The translations under genes and the position numbers were made by a program. The notes beneath the pieces are model-generated. The model was not told the origin of the DNA and ran no database searches. It saw only the letters and a list, made by a program, of their open reading frames with translations. 64,000 nucleotides of DNA from Marsupella aquatica (lineage: Eukaryota; Plantae; Marchantiophyta), in the NCBI GenBank assembly GCA_973895155.1, contig OZ316897.1, positions 186,001 through 250,000 on the forward strand. The letters are read 5' to 3'. Below are positions 12,334 to 25,000 of the stretch, in pieces; position 1 is the first letter of the stretch; every line of letters starts with the position of its first letter.

Positions 12334-13182
12334 GGGACATATTTATATGCACTTGGGTCCAGCCTAGACATTTGTTCATGTTATATTTGATTTGTTCATG
12401 TTTGATGATATAAAAAAAAGTATTGTCTATATTTATATTTGCCATTCACTTTTGAATGAGTCATACTCATGACATATGTATTGTATTGTTTTATTGTGAT
12501 CACTTGTGAATTTTACATGCAACTTTCTATCTAACCTCTATTGCTCAATATAACTTTATTTCCTACTTATTCCATAATTTTCATTCTCACCCTCGTGTTT
12601 CCCTCCTCCGTGGTACGTCTGTCCCTCCTCCTCCCTTCCTCTTTCTCCTCCCTCCTTCCTCTTCCATTGTACTGCCTCCCTTTTCCATCCTTCATTGTAC
12701 CTCCCTCCATCCTCCCTTCCTCTTCCCTCCTGCCCCATCCATATATTGGACCATCCATCCTCTTCATTGTCTCACCTCACAATAATCTTAATTTTTAGTT
12801 TGCGAACAATTTGCGAAGCTCACAAACTCTCACCGGACTTGCAATTTCTATGAAGCTTCTCATTTCTCAATATTTCCATACTATACTCTTCGCAAACTTG
12901 TGATGCAAAATCAATCACAAATTTCATATTCTCACCGTTTCGCAAATCTTCCATCCTCCGACATTCTTAAACTTGTCAAACAACTACTATCGCAAAACAT
13001 TTTCAATCCAACCTTCTTCGCAAATATTTACATGAGTTAGTTTCGGAGTTGGCGAGCAATTTTCCCATCTTCAGAAGGCGCCTTTCCATTCGGCGCGTTT
13101 CGGTAAAATGTGCGAAACCACTTACTTCGCAACGTATTAGCGATATAATGCGCTTCAAGTATTATATTTGCGATAGGGATAG

Positions 13183-13373
13183 ACTCACTCATCTTCCTTG
13201 GAGCCTCCACTCCCTCACATGGGTACATCGAGTACTCTCCATATTTAACGGAGGTTGGATCCTCTTTCACTCCTGCTATCCAAGGCAAGAAGCAAGCAGT
13301 ATAGGACCACCAATATGTTTTGTCAGCAACTTCTCTATCCACAAAAAAATGATACGTATATCTCTTCGCCCTC
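13183..13373 (-). pseudogene. Middle piece of element A ParB-MTase cargo gene
   Basis: RAKRYTYHFFVDREVADKTYWWSY...YSMYPCEGVEAPRKMSE matches element B RAKRYVYRFFMHMEIVKPDYFWAY...YSMYPAEGILPPRKLSE. Confidence 0.8.
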
Positions 13374-13488
13374 TGTGATGCCTAGACAGGAATCACTCGG
13401 CCAGTTAAGTGGGTAAAGCAGGAAGGCACCCTAGAAACACCTTAGTATAGGGACAAAACAAGGAAAATATAAACAATTAGGGGCAACC

Positions 13489-14034
13489 ATGGAACCCGGG
13501 CCGAGGCCGGGGGTAAGGAGCGCTTGCAGGAAATGGTGGCTCATTTGCGAGCACGAACTAGGCAGACGACTACGGGAGGCCAACTACTGTCAGCTGCTTA
13601 GGGAAGCACTCGGGGAGAGAGTAGATACCGACGATCGACCTAAGGAGGTTATGAGCAATGTCAATCAAGCGGCACATTTCTGGGGATGCCTGTTCGAACG
13701 GGCAACTGAGTACATCAAGACTTACGAGGACGAGGAATCAGAAAGGGCAGCTCAAGAACGACAGGAGCTCGCTTGATTGTGGGAGCTGCAGAAGACGGCT
13801 TTCTTAGGAGGTGAACTCATCAAGGACGAGTTCTTGTGGACTCCTACTTCCAATCAACTCGACGATCTTCTGTTTTGCAAAGACAGCGTCGTCGGCATCC
13901 GAGAGGCCATCAAGAACTGCAACGACATACACTGGGAATTAAAGGGTAGCACGGAAAGGTGGACCCAAGCAACGGTGCTAGGAGAAACCTCCACGGCAGC
14001 AAGAGATGAAGAGGAAGGGAGCCGTCAACGATGA
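13489..14034 (+). pseudogene. LTR-internal ORF1 (unknown function), in-frame TGA at 13774
   Basis: Homologous to 43560-44070 (QAAHFWGCLFE/QAAKFWGYLLE; FLWTPTS/FVWIPTS; VVGIREAIKN). Its 3' end overlaps the start of ORF2. Confidence 0.7.
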
Positions 14035-17000
14035 AGCCACCCCGGCAAAAAGAACGAGGTTGGCGGCACCAAAGAAGCCAACCGAGCAGCAGAGCAGGAG
14101 GCAGAGAGAAGCCGAAGAGGAGGAGGTCGATCCCATCAAGGCCATTCCAACCAGGGATGACACCTGGAAGGGCTGGGCGGCAACCCTACCGGTAGAGGTG
14201 CAACTACATTTTGCACGGGAGGAGGATGCATGCTTTACGGCCATGCAAACCAAGAAGTACCAAGGCTTCATGGCCGGATCCGGCTTAGAGGCCTTTGTAA
14301 GATTACCATGGCTGAAGCCGGAGGTACCGGAGTCAGACCTATTAGAATTCGTGGGGTCATGGGAACCCGAGACCAATTGCACGAGGATATATGGGAAGGA
14401 TTTCTATCTTACTCCCAAAGTGATTGCCGAAGTGTTTGGCTTGCCGATAGGCAATAAGACCAAAGTTGATACCAGGAAGACCTTGCCTGACAAGGAGATC
14501 CGGTCGTTCCCCGGGCCATCAACGAAGAATGGCTTCTTCCGGAACACCTGCACCAACCCGCACATAGGAGAGATGATCGACTTCTTGCGGGTGACCATGC
14601 ATTGTAACTTGCCGAGGGCAGAGATCGGCAAGGCACAGGTCTATCTGGCAGAGAGGCCAGACCCAAGCCGGGACTACAACGGGTACCTCCTCAACCAATT
14701 GAAGAAGATCTTAAAGGAGGAGCAGCAGGTAATCGGCATGGGGAGCGTGTCGCGGCTTGGCTATCACATGCCGCTGTTGTGCCGGTATGCCAGAGGTCAG
14801 ACTTTTGCCCCAGTACTTCCCCTGCAGGTAAGGGCACCCGAGGAAGCTCCAGCGCCGAGGCCGTTAGCAGAGAAGCCTCAACCACCTGTTAGCCCTACAA
14901 TCGAGCAAGTGTTTAGGCCAAGGACGGAGGACTTGCCGATGCAGCAACCAGGCATGCAGAGTCTGCTGAAACTACTAGAGAAAGAAAAGAGATCGGCATC
15001 GGCAACGACAACGACAACGGCAACGGCAACAATGCAGGACACTACTACAGAGGTAGGCCTACACCGGCTCACAAGAGAAAACCCCTTTGCTGGAGACAAG
15101 GAGAGAATCAGGCCGGAATTCAAGCCAGGTGTTCGAATGTATGTGGGAGTCTCAAGCTCCGAATCTGAGGCAGAATTGCCTGAAGCTCCTACCGACGAAG
15201 AGGACAGGGAGAAGCTGGACGTCCAAGAAGTAGAGGAGGCAGTGGAGGACTGCAGCCATGATAATTCCGGCTATGGGTCGGACCATCACGTTCCAGGAGT
15301 AAGGACCTGTGGCCGGTTTGTCCCCACACTTCCAAGGGTAGTGCGAGGGGACCCCAACCAGCAGAGTAGCCCTGAGTCTCCCCCACCAGATGTTGCTCCC
15401 CCGAGCTTTGACGGCATAAAACAGACGGTGCAGGAATTTCAAGAGCGAATCAGGCAGGAAGAGGAGGCAGCCCTGGCTAGGGAAAAGGATTTACCAGGAG
15501 GAGATTGGCCGGAGGACATCAGGCGGCTAGCCGAAAAAGGAAGCAAACCTCTAGCCACGATTGAAGAGATCCGCAAGATGGCTTGGGAGCAGAGGCCACG
15601 ATGGGCGATGCCGATCACTTCTACTTACTCCACCTATGCTAAGAATAGAGCCATGGAGTATGGTGAGATGTGTGGGGAACTTGCGCTCGGCATCTTTGGA
15701 GAGGAGTTGGAGGTAGGACCCTTTTTCCATAGGGAGCAGTTGGAGAAGCACCAATTAGAAGAAGCGGTGGCTTTAGAGAGAAGCAAGAAGGACGAGGTCA
15801 TTCGGCGGCTTAGGAGGATGGAAGCCGAGATTGAAGATCTAAGGGCGGCCAAGAAAGCCCAAGATGAACTGCAGATTAAACGGCATGAGCTGAACATCAT
15901 GCAGGGGCAGTTGGACACCGCGCAGGCTGATAATCAGAATATCAAGGATAAACTGACTCAGACGCAGGGAGAGTTGGCCGATACGATCAAAGAGAGAGAA
16001 GTGGAAGCGAGAGCTGAAGAATACAGAGGAGGCCCACATAACAGCCATCAGCCGGGCCATGGCGGAGACCCAAAGAAAGGAATGGGCGTTGAAGGGGGAG
16101 CTCGAGAAAATCCGCGGAGCCCTTGAGCAGAAGGAGGCCGAGTTAGGGAAATCCTATCAAGGGATTATGGCGCTGCAGCAGGAGCTTGCATCCCTGACGG
16201 CCAGCTTCAAGGCCGACCTAAGGGAGAAGGACGAGATGCTCGATCAGACTTACGCCAAGATGAACCAGATGGAGTCTGTCATCATTGCAGAGCTCGACAA
16301 GGAGCTAAGAGCAACCCGGGAGGAGAGGACTACCTTGAAACAAGAACGGGAGGAAGCCCAGAAGGAACTAGAGGAGGCGCGCAAGGACCTAGATGAGACC
16401 CAGGAGGAGTTGGAGGAAATCACGAGGAAGATGGAGAACCTCCAGCGGCGGGCCGACAACCAAACAGAGCGGCTGAAAAAACAAGCCGCAATATTTAAGT
16501 GCTTGTCTTCATCAGGCCCAACTCCAATTGGGGCAACCAAGTTACCAGGAGTGGTACTGGCCGAAGAAAAAGCCGCGCCACCTGCACCAGTGCCGGAAGT
16601 AAGTGGGAAGGGGAAAGGACCAGCTGCCGAACCAGAAAGGAAGAAGAAGCGGAAACCTTCAGGGTCAAGGAGTAATCCGACTCCACAGGCCGTGGTGACC
16701 AAGGAGGTAGACCCAGCACCATCCTCCGGCATGAATATGGCAATAGATTCCGCTATCATCAAGGGTGGGGATGGTGCGGCCCAAGCCGAACTACTCAGTA
16801 ATGAGGCCGGTATCCCAGATCCGCCTCTTGAGCAGGCCGGTGAGACCATAGCCGAGGCTGAGGCCGTAGCCGAGAATGACTCCCGAGCCGATGCCGACGC
16901 CGATGGTGGACCCAGTCAGGCCGATGGAGAGTTGACTCAGTCAAGGGCAGGTAATCTGTCAGAGAATGAACCTACGGCAGTGGCTGAGGAGGAAGCGTTG

Positions 17001-17036
17001 GGGGCGTCCATTAAGGATCCACCACCGGTGTCGTGA
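14006..17036 (+). pseudogene. LTR-internal ORF2: basic NLS-like start, PMD/Transposase_32-like domain and long coiled coil; frameshift at about 16010-16060
   Basis: MKRK...KRTR; GLEAFVRLPW...LLEFVGSWEPETNCTRIYGKDFYLTPKVIAEVFGLP; E/K/Q-rich heptad-like region. Homolog at 40515-43550. Confidence 0.65.
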
Positions 17037-17950
17037 CGGTGCAAGGGCGCCGTTCCTTTTAGGAAGGGCGGACGTGGAGGGAGGAGGCGTGAGTGGGCAG
17101 GGCGGGCGCTGATCTCCAAGTTTAGGATTAGGATCAGGACCAGGAGCGGCCCTGACACTTAGCTTAGTGGGATTGCGGTTCCACTGGTAGGAGCAACACT
17201 TGTGCTCCTGCCTTGCTATACATAGGTAGATCCGGGCAAGTAGATTACTGTTAGGTAGCTTAGGCTTACGCTGCAAAGAATTAGGCGGATCCACTACCAG
17301 GATAAGTACCTGGGCAGCGGGGAGCTCAGGGCATCTTCTTTAGCAAGTTTTTAGTTTGCACCAGCCGGGCTGGGATCAAGTAGTACGAGAAGCTCTCGGT
17401 TAGTCATATAGTGACCCTTGTGTATATTCATGTTTCCTCATGCCTAAGAGCTGAATAGAGTTGGCCTCACGGCTTAGTTCGCAGAGCTTGTGTATGAGAT
17501 GTACTGTTTGTATGGCAAGTGCATGGTATGACTCAGTCAGAATGAGTCATTTTGCTATTTGTGTGTCGCATTAACTTGTGTGAAGAGTGCCCACATCAAC
17601 CAGAAGGAAGGAAAGTAAGCAGGGGAGTGAGAGTTGGATGTGTCGAGCTGAGAGAGGTCTTAGCGGCTTAACCAAGCCTATTGGGGATCATTCCGGCGGT
17701 GGAATCCAAACATACCTAACAAGACGGAGGGGAAGACGAGGGAAGGCCTAGATTAGGCCGGCTACGTATCTCATGACCCGATGAAGGATCTGTCCAGTAT
17801 ATGTGTGTAAAATGTTAATAGTAATAGTAGAAGGTTAGCAGCGTCCCATGCCGCTAAGCCGCGGAAACGGCCTCGCCAAGCGCGAAACCTGCGGGAATCG
17901 GCTTGAGCTGGGGGGTTTCTTGGGTTTAGGGAGCCATGGGACGCACCACA

Positions 17951-20900
17951 CCCTCCTCCAAAAAAGTGAGATGTCAATCTTCTCACTCGACTTTGGTGGC
18001 CAAATCTGTCTGAAAAAACGAGATTTCACTCTCGTTTGGAAATCTTCAAAGTCCTCCTCTATGTCAAGGATCAGCGATGGCTTTGTCTTCTCAGACGAAG
18101 TAAGGATCCTTGCATCTGGAACAGTTGGGATCATCTCTGAAATATCTCAGACATGAGCGAAGAACAAATTGACTCAACCTGCTCCCATACAGCCCATCGG
18201 TGAAGCCAAAGTTTTGTTTCGCTGTCCGAGAATTGACCAGGGTGGAAGTACTTCTTGCGAAGCTCAGGTCTGCATTGTGCCTCGAGGAGTACACATCTGA
18301 GCTGCGGAGTCAACGACGAGACACCCGTAAATAGCCTCGCACGATCAAGACCACATGACACATTACCCCTTCCTTTATCGTTTGTTCGTTGGGCTTCCTT
18401 CCTCTCATGTTTGCAGTAGTTGTGCATCTCAACACACTTCTGGAAAAAGTCACCAAACTCAGGATTCAAGAGAGGTCCAATCTTTGGCACCTTCACATTC
18501 CAATCTGCTAGTTTCTCTTTCATCATGTCTTTCATAGCCATGTCTTGCGCAACTTTTGAAAGAGGTTCTCCTTGCGCTTCTTTCAACTGGAACTTCTTCT
18601 TCAAATCTTCCGTCTGCGCTGCAATATTAGCAACAGACAGAATGTATGTGCAGGCATCGAGTGTCATGTTCTTTGAATACCAAGCCGGTTTCCTGATATT
18701 TGCCATCTTCTGCTGGAAAAGTTTGTAGTTGTCTGCATCAATGATATCTTTGTATACAGAAAGGTCATTACTGAGCACCTTCTGGACTCTCTCTGCTTCA
18801 AGGACCCAAGAATTCTCAACGTGACATTGAGTCAACCTGAACAAAAGAAACAGGTCATCGAGATCGCTAACAAGAGGAACTGAAAGAATTTTATATAAAT
18901 CACTGCTTGAAGGAAAAGAAACAAACCTATTCAGCGCATGCATCGCCGACTCAATCTGAATGAATGAGTTCTTGTCACCCTTGAAAATTCGGCAAACAAC
19001 TCGAGGATGATATTTGACATCATGGGGATTCTCGTCCGCAAGCTGCATCCATGAGTACAGACGATGATTTCCATCAAAAACATAGAACATTTTGTCTTTC
19101 AAAATTTTGAAAGCTTTGTGAGAATCACATTCCCTCTCAAATTCTTCATTCTGAAGAATCCACATTGTAGTATTGCATTAAGGACATAAATCAGCATTTA
19201 ATGCCCAAAACTCGGTATTCGTTCCCATGGAAGAACATGTTGGGAATGGTTTTCTATCAATTAACACTTATGAATGACTAAGGTGTCGAAAACACAAAGG
19301 TGAGCCTTTTACTATGGATGCTCAGCAAGGCATAGATTTAAATGTTTGCTTAACATTATAAATACGATTAACAAAATGGAATTAATTAACAAAACACAAG
19401 AAAATCTTGAGGTATGATGAGGGAGTCTGGAATAGACCAAGGTAACTCCTCAACAACACTTAATTTGTGATGATGTAAGGTGAAAAATCTGCAAGAACAT
19501 TTCTGGAATGAAATACTTTACTAGGATGATTATTAAAATGCCGTCAACATATCTTAACCTTTCCTTCCAAGGTACTCAGTTAGGATTAATAACCAATCAC
19601 TTCAGCATCCAGTCGGTACTCCGAGTCACGAATAATGAACACCATCATCGTCAAACTAAAGTCATAGGTAATTGGTCAATAACATTCTTTGCACCCCGTG
19701 CAAAAGCAATGTCATGCCAAAAACTTATGCATCAAGAACTTAGAAATGTATAGCCTTCACCAATTAAGGAATCTATCTCCATACATTCAAAAGATTTCAC
19801 CATTTCACAAGGTTTTACTTCTCTGGTTTGATCTCCAACATTCAAACACAAGGAAGGGGGAAGAATTCCTTTGTATTAATCACTCATGCAAATACAGAGT
19901 TTCTCTCTACAAAGTGAAGCCTTGTCATGCTGCAAATTTGCAACATAGTGCTTACATAATTCTTTCACATTTCAAATGACATAAATTCTACTTTATATAA
20001 GCTGGTAGAAACCCAAGGAGAGAGAAAATGAAAGGACATGCCCTTTCATGCCTCAAGGGTTCTTGAACTAAAGTAAAAATAACAAAGGTGTGCTACAGTA
20101 GTACCTAAGGGTCACATGAGGGTTCCTGGTATATAAAACTAACCAAAAGGTATTGCAAATGTGAACTAATGTAAAAGTGACATTACGGTAAAACTAATGA
20201 ATAGTGGCTTTGTCCTAATTTTAGTTTCTAAACCAAATATCAGTTTGAGATGAAACGTTCCCAGAGTATTCTCTTAGGTATAGTCTTCATGCTGGTAAAA
20301 TCTCAGACTTTTCTGAGGTGTTTAGGTACTTCAATAAAATACCAAAAAGTACCGGAAATAAAGAACTACCGAAAATCGGAAAAAAATTCTAAGTGTTGAA
20401 GGCATAAACGCGTATACACGTAAAAGCGTAAACTCGTAAAGACGTAATCGCGGTGCAGCAAAAACTTAGCAGATTCAAACATTTTTAACTTCCTAGCTAT
20501 AAGTCGGCTTGAGCTGAAACTTTCAGGGATGATTCTACTGCGTAATGACTACCTCCTGAAAAAGTATGAAACTTTTCTGACCATGAGAACTATTTAACTA
20601 AAATATCAGAGATCGGCTGATCGTGGTAATTGCACACAAAGCTCATTTTTGATGAAGTGCTTTGGAGTCCGGTTCTTGAATCTTCTAGTCTGCATTGCTT
20701 CTCCAATGATGTCCAGTCTTCTTTCTTGGTAGCATGCAAAGAGCAAGGATTTATATGGCGATCCTTGTCCAATAGAGGCAATAGCCTCCGATGAAGCATA
20801 ACATCAGGTAAAGTGTTCAATTGATCTAAATTGCTACAAAAGGTAGCTATATTACACCTTTGAGTTAGAAAAAGTTCAAAATTCATAAATTTTCCATCAT

Positions 20901-21398
20901 TTCCAACTAATCTACTGCATTACACACATGTCATCCCACGACTCCCGAATCACATCCTCGCACATCTGGACAAGGCCATCTTCGCCGGTCATTTGGACGT
21001 AAAATCGAGGCGCATCTTCGATGTATCCCTGCGTCCGAAATTCATTCTTGAGTGTCTCAATCGCAGTCGAGTTTGTTTGCAAGGACCAAACGATCTGCAT
21101 GTTTCGCATTTTGCAAAGGGGAATCCTCGGAGGAGCGAGGGGGAATCCAAATTTGTCATTTCCAAAAGGGAAAAGATGGCGATTGATGACAACAGAATAG
21201 GGTTTTGAAGCTCCAGGTTGAAACATAGGATTCACAACATCTATCTACTTGGTTCACCATCTTGGGCCTCCTCGGTGTTTTCAATCCCGCCTGGAGCGCC
21301 TTCTTGTTCACTGTAGACCTTGTCTCCCTTCGGCTTGACTCGACTGACTTGAACGATCCTATTGATGACAAGCTCTCGGGTGAAGACAATGGCTCCAT
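17951..21398 (-). pseudogene. 5' part of element A cargo gene: ParB/Sulfiredoxin-like domain and helical region
   Basis: IPLCKMRNMQIV..LQ...IETLKNEFRTQGY...ESWDDM|WILQNEEF...KMFYVFDGNHRLYSW contains the ParB/Srx DGxHR motif. Split by solo LTR 19166-20924; intron at about 18838-18927. Confidence 0.8.
19166..20924. mobile_element. Solo LTR (1759 bp), same family as 6485-8328
   Basis: TGTAG...TTACA termini; TSD CACAT (19161-19165, 20925-20929). Excision restores ESWDDMWILQ in frame. Confidence 0.92.
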
Positions 21399-21699
21399 CA
21401 GCGGGTCCGTGAAGTGATAAGGGTATGAACAGGTCAAGGTCGAGGGTGACACGCTTTGCGAACGTAAAGAAACCTGAGAATTGATCTTCCAGTCAAAGAC
21501 AGAATCGTACCCTCGTCTGTTGCTTTCACCTGAATGCAACGCCCGGTCGTGAAAAGAGATATAGATATTCTATACGACTCTCCTCGCAATCATTTTCAGA
21601 CACCGTCAGGTATACATGTACTTCCGGAAATACGAACCACCGAACTCACGACTGAAAGAAAAGTATCTAATGACAAAGAGACAGGTGTCTGGTACTGTA

Positions 21700-21755
21700 C
21701 CGTACCGTTGACATGTAGGTACCCGTTGACCAATTCCAACGGATATAAACGGTCA
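21700..21755. promoter_or_regulatory. AACGG/CCGTT cluster (MSA-like) in the divergent intergenic region of element A
   Basis: Four cores in about 50 bp (21705, 21723, 21738, 21748); similar cores in the element B intergenic region. Confidence 0.35.
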
Positions 21756-22073
21756 TAATGGTCTCTTATGAGAAACTACTTTTGCTAGCGACATCTCTAG
21801 CCAAAAATTGATCACTAAATCCATGAACTCAAGAAGGGTGTTTTGTAAGGGTTTAAACCATTTTACTTGGTTCATTGAACTAGCGATCTCGCTAGCTTTA
21901 TCATTCCGTAAATAGTGTCATATAAGACAAAATAACAGTAAGATAACGGGAATAAGAGGCATTTATTAAATAAATACGTTGAGTCCAACACCTACACAAG
22001 CACGTTTCCTCATATGTATTTGGAGAAAGAAGAGAGCGAAGTATCTCACATTTGAGGATTGTTGTAGACTGTA

Positions 22074-25000
22074 ATGTCCAAAACTGTCAGCATGTCTTCA
22101 TTGGGATCAAAGGTTGTGATCGAGAGAAAGACGATGGGTGATGTTGTTGTTCTGGATGTTCCGGAGAATACTATTATCTCTGTCAAGGAGTCTTTTCTCT
22201 CATCAAGGTTTGGGCTTTTGAAAGATGATTTCATCTGGAAGTTGTTCGTTCTTTACTCTCGGAATGGATCCAGAAGTCACGAGGTGTCGGATAATGGTTC
22301 AGGAATATTGCTAGAGAGAGCTTGGGACCTGAAGTGTGGTTCAGCTGTAGAGCTAGTCTCATGTAAGGATGACATTGCACATATCAATGTTTCCGATCCA
22401 AAATCCCCGACTCGCCCGTCACCTGCAGTACCAGAAATTATCGACATCTCCCCTGAGAGTGTGGGTCGGGATCTCTCTTCTGTGTCGACAAAGTCTTCTG
22501 AGAAAGCCGTTTTTGAAGCAGTGAGTCAAAACGAGTTTCAATCTCAGCCAGTTCTTTATCGAGTTAGTGCATATGATGCCTTCCTCAATATTACTGGGTC
22601 AAGCAAGTTGGCAAATTTCCGCAGGGGAAACGATTGGAAGGAGATTCAAGTGCAGACTTTGCCCACTTCATACAACGGAAACTGCGTTTTTGAGCTTCCT
22701 CCGGTCGAAGGTTAATTTCGTCGAGGATATGGTCTTCAGAAGATGGATAGGGATAATGTCGGCTACCCATGGACGAGACTTCTCACAACTTCAGCTAATC
22801 TCAAACCTCGCAATCACTGGTCTATGTCAAAAGTCAGATGTGCCGGTGTACTTGAATGTCAAAATCTGGTCTGTAGAAAGTTGAAGCACATCGGTTCAAA
22901 AAATGACTCTTCCTTCTGAGGAAAGGGACAATTTACTGAGCCATTTCATCTTGGTGAGCTTGTGGAGGAAGGAGGGTTGGTGTGCGGATTCTGTGAGGAG
23001 AGGCCTCTCTGCATCCGTGAATGTCCGGCTAAACTTTTGTACGTCTATCCTAAGCCGTCTCTTGAGTCAAATGTTGTGAAACATATGTCTCGATTGGTTG
23101 TTCACATGGGTTTCCATGACCACGTTGTTTGGAAAGGGAAATCTCGATTGGCAAAAAAGCAGGCGGAGGAGATAGTTTCTGGTGTTCATAAAGCGAATCC
23201 CGTGTGTACGCCAGGGCGTGTTCTTAACAAGTCTATAGGAAACCTGGTTTCTCTTTTGCATCCAGAGTCTTCTTCAAAACTATCAAAAGAAGAAGAGAGA
23301 GATATAGGAATCGATGAAGGTTGTGTCCACTGTTGAGAAATTCCAGGCCATATTCTGGAGCGTGAAAATGGATAACCCCAAAAAAGGTGAGTTGGATTCT
23401 CTTCGTGAGATGCAAGCACGGAATAATTTTCCTTACGTTCAGAGGTACCTTTTCCCTGGCCAGGGAGCAAGACCGATAGGGCTCATGTCTTCAAAATGAG
23501 TACAAATGGCCCAGGTTCTGGTGTCGATATTCTCAGGCAGATGAAGAGTGGAGGTGAGCTGGAAGGAGCATGGGTCAGTTCTGATGTAATGCGGAGAATA
23601 AGCACTGGGTGGTTGACTTTCAGCGCCCATGTGTACGACCATAATTACAGGTCCCTTTGTACCATCTTCACTTGTGAGCTCCGTGTGGAGGACTCCTTAT
23701 CTCTTGAAACCGCATGGAGATATATGATTGAAGTTCCCTCTGATCATGCATGACCCACTCATTGGAGGATTTATTTCCGATAATGCCGAGGCTGGATGGA
23801 TCGCCATTCGGAATGTTTTTTTTGAGGTGTCCATCACCCACAGAAGGAGCACAGTGACGCCTTTCACTTTGCTCAATCTCTTTGTCGTCACACATTGGAG
23901 GGTATTCGGGAAGATCGCCATCGAGAGGACTATAAACTGTGGGAAAGGCTGAGAACAGCACCAACATATGTTCAGGCCTACCGTGTTGTTGACAAAATCC
24001 ATCATTGGTGGAAGGAAGGAAATTGCTATGCTGGGAAATTGAAGTCTCTCCAAGGATGGTTATCTTGGTGGGTCGCGAGGTGGAGGCAGTGGGGGAACTT
24101 CATCCGCATTGTAAGTGTCCAATTTCATTTCTCTTTGACATCATTGTTTTTGCTAGCGACCTTGCTAGCATATCAGGTCTGACTGGGGACTACTTTTTTG
24201 CAGACGCAAACCGCAATGGAGTCAGCCTTGATGCCAAATTGTACTGGAGCGGAATCAGTCCATGCATCCATGAGATCCTGCCAAATGAAGAAACTAGTGG
24301 GATTGATTGAAGCATGTGAGGTGGACCAGAATCGTGCTGCGGGGAAAATTGTTGCTTTTACTGCCTACAGTGAAGGTGTTCACAGAGGCCAGGGGCCGAC
24401 CATTTTTCAATTAGCATATAGGAACACCAATGCTATGGGATCCATGGATGCTTACGAAAAGGCAGCAAATCTTTTGCTTGAGTCTTCAGCTAAGTATGAA
24501 TTCTATAGAACAGTTCCATTACATGGCGATCTCCGAACAACATCCACGAAGAGGAAAGGGAAAGCTTCAGCTGCAATCCACGAGAATGACTCCCACAGAC
24601 ATGACAAGGTGTCACGCACAATAGCTTCTCCTTCAGGACTAAAAAGGCGTAATCTCTATCCTGAATTTCGCTTCGTCAATGTTTCGAAGACTTCTGCGGA
24701 CCCAGAAATAGCAAATAATACAACTTCGGCAACCCATGTCGGAGGTTGTTCTGCTGGAGTTATCCATATTCAGATGACGATGGTGATGATGCAAGTTGTA
24801 ATGTCAATGATATCGAGAAGATGGGGACTCAACCTTCGTGTGATGTCGGGGATGACCATCGGGATGCCCCCCAAAGGATCCCTTCCATCCGAGAGGTTGA
24901 TGTTCCTTATGGGACCTGGCATCTCAGGCGGAGCGGTAGAGGTGCTGGACCTGTTTGCAACGGGTCGGTTGACCAAAGCATTTTTGGAAGAGATGAATGT

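Larger units (their letters stand above)
1753..13182 (+). mobile_element. CACTA (En/Spm) DNA transposon; right terminus apparently deleted
   Basis: Begins CACTACAAC at 1753 inside an intron of the element A cargo gene. Dense TTGCGA/TCGCAA subterminal repeats at 1775-2140 and 12800-13175; Tnp2-type transposase inside. No TAGTG at the right junction, and roughly 300 bp of flanking cargo coding sequence is missing relative to element B. Confidence 0.8.
13374..17950 (+). mobile_element. Giant (4577 bp) protein-coding solo-LTR-like insertion
   Basis: TGTGATGC...GCACCACA termini; 5-bp TSD CCCTC (13369-13373, 17951-17955). Excision restores LFWRR|AKRY. No internal direct repeats or gag/pol seen. 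Confidence 0.85.

Noticed and set aside
12541-12798. Hydrophobic and Arg/Gly-rich ORFs
   Set aside because: Translation of a CT-rich low-complexity tract.
18131-21235. ParB and MTase as bacterial, phage or plasmid contamination
   Set aside because: The genes have GT-AG introns, sit inside plant-type TEs and are interrupted by plant LTRs with TSDs.
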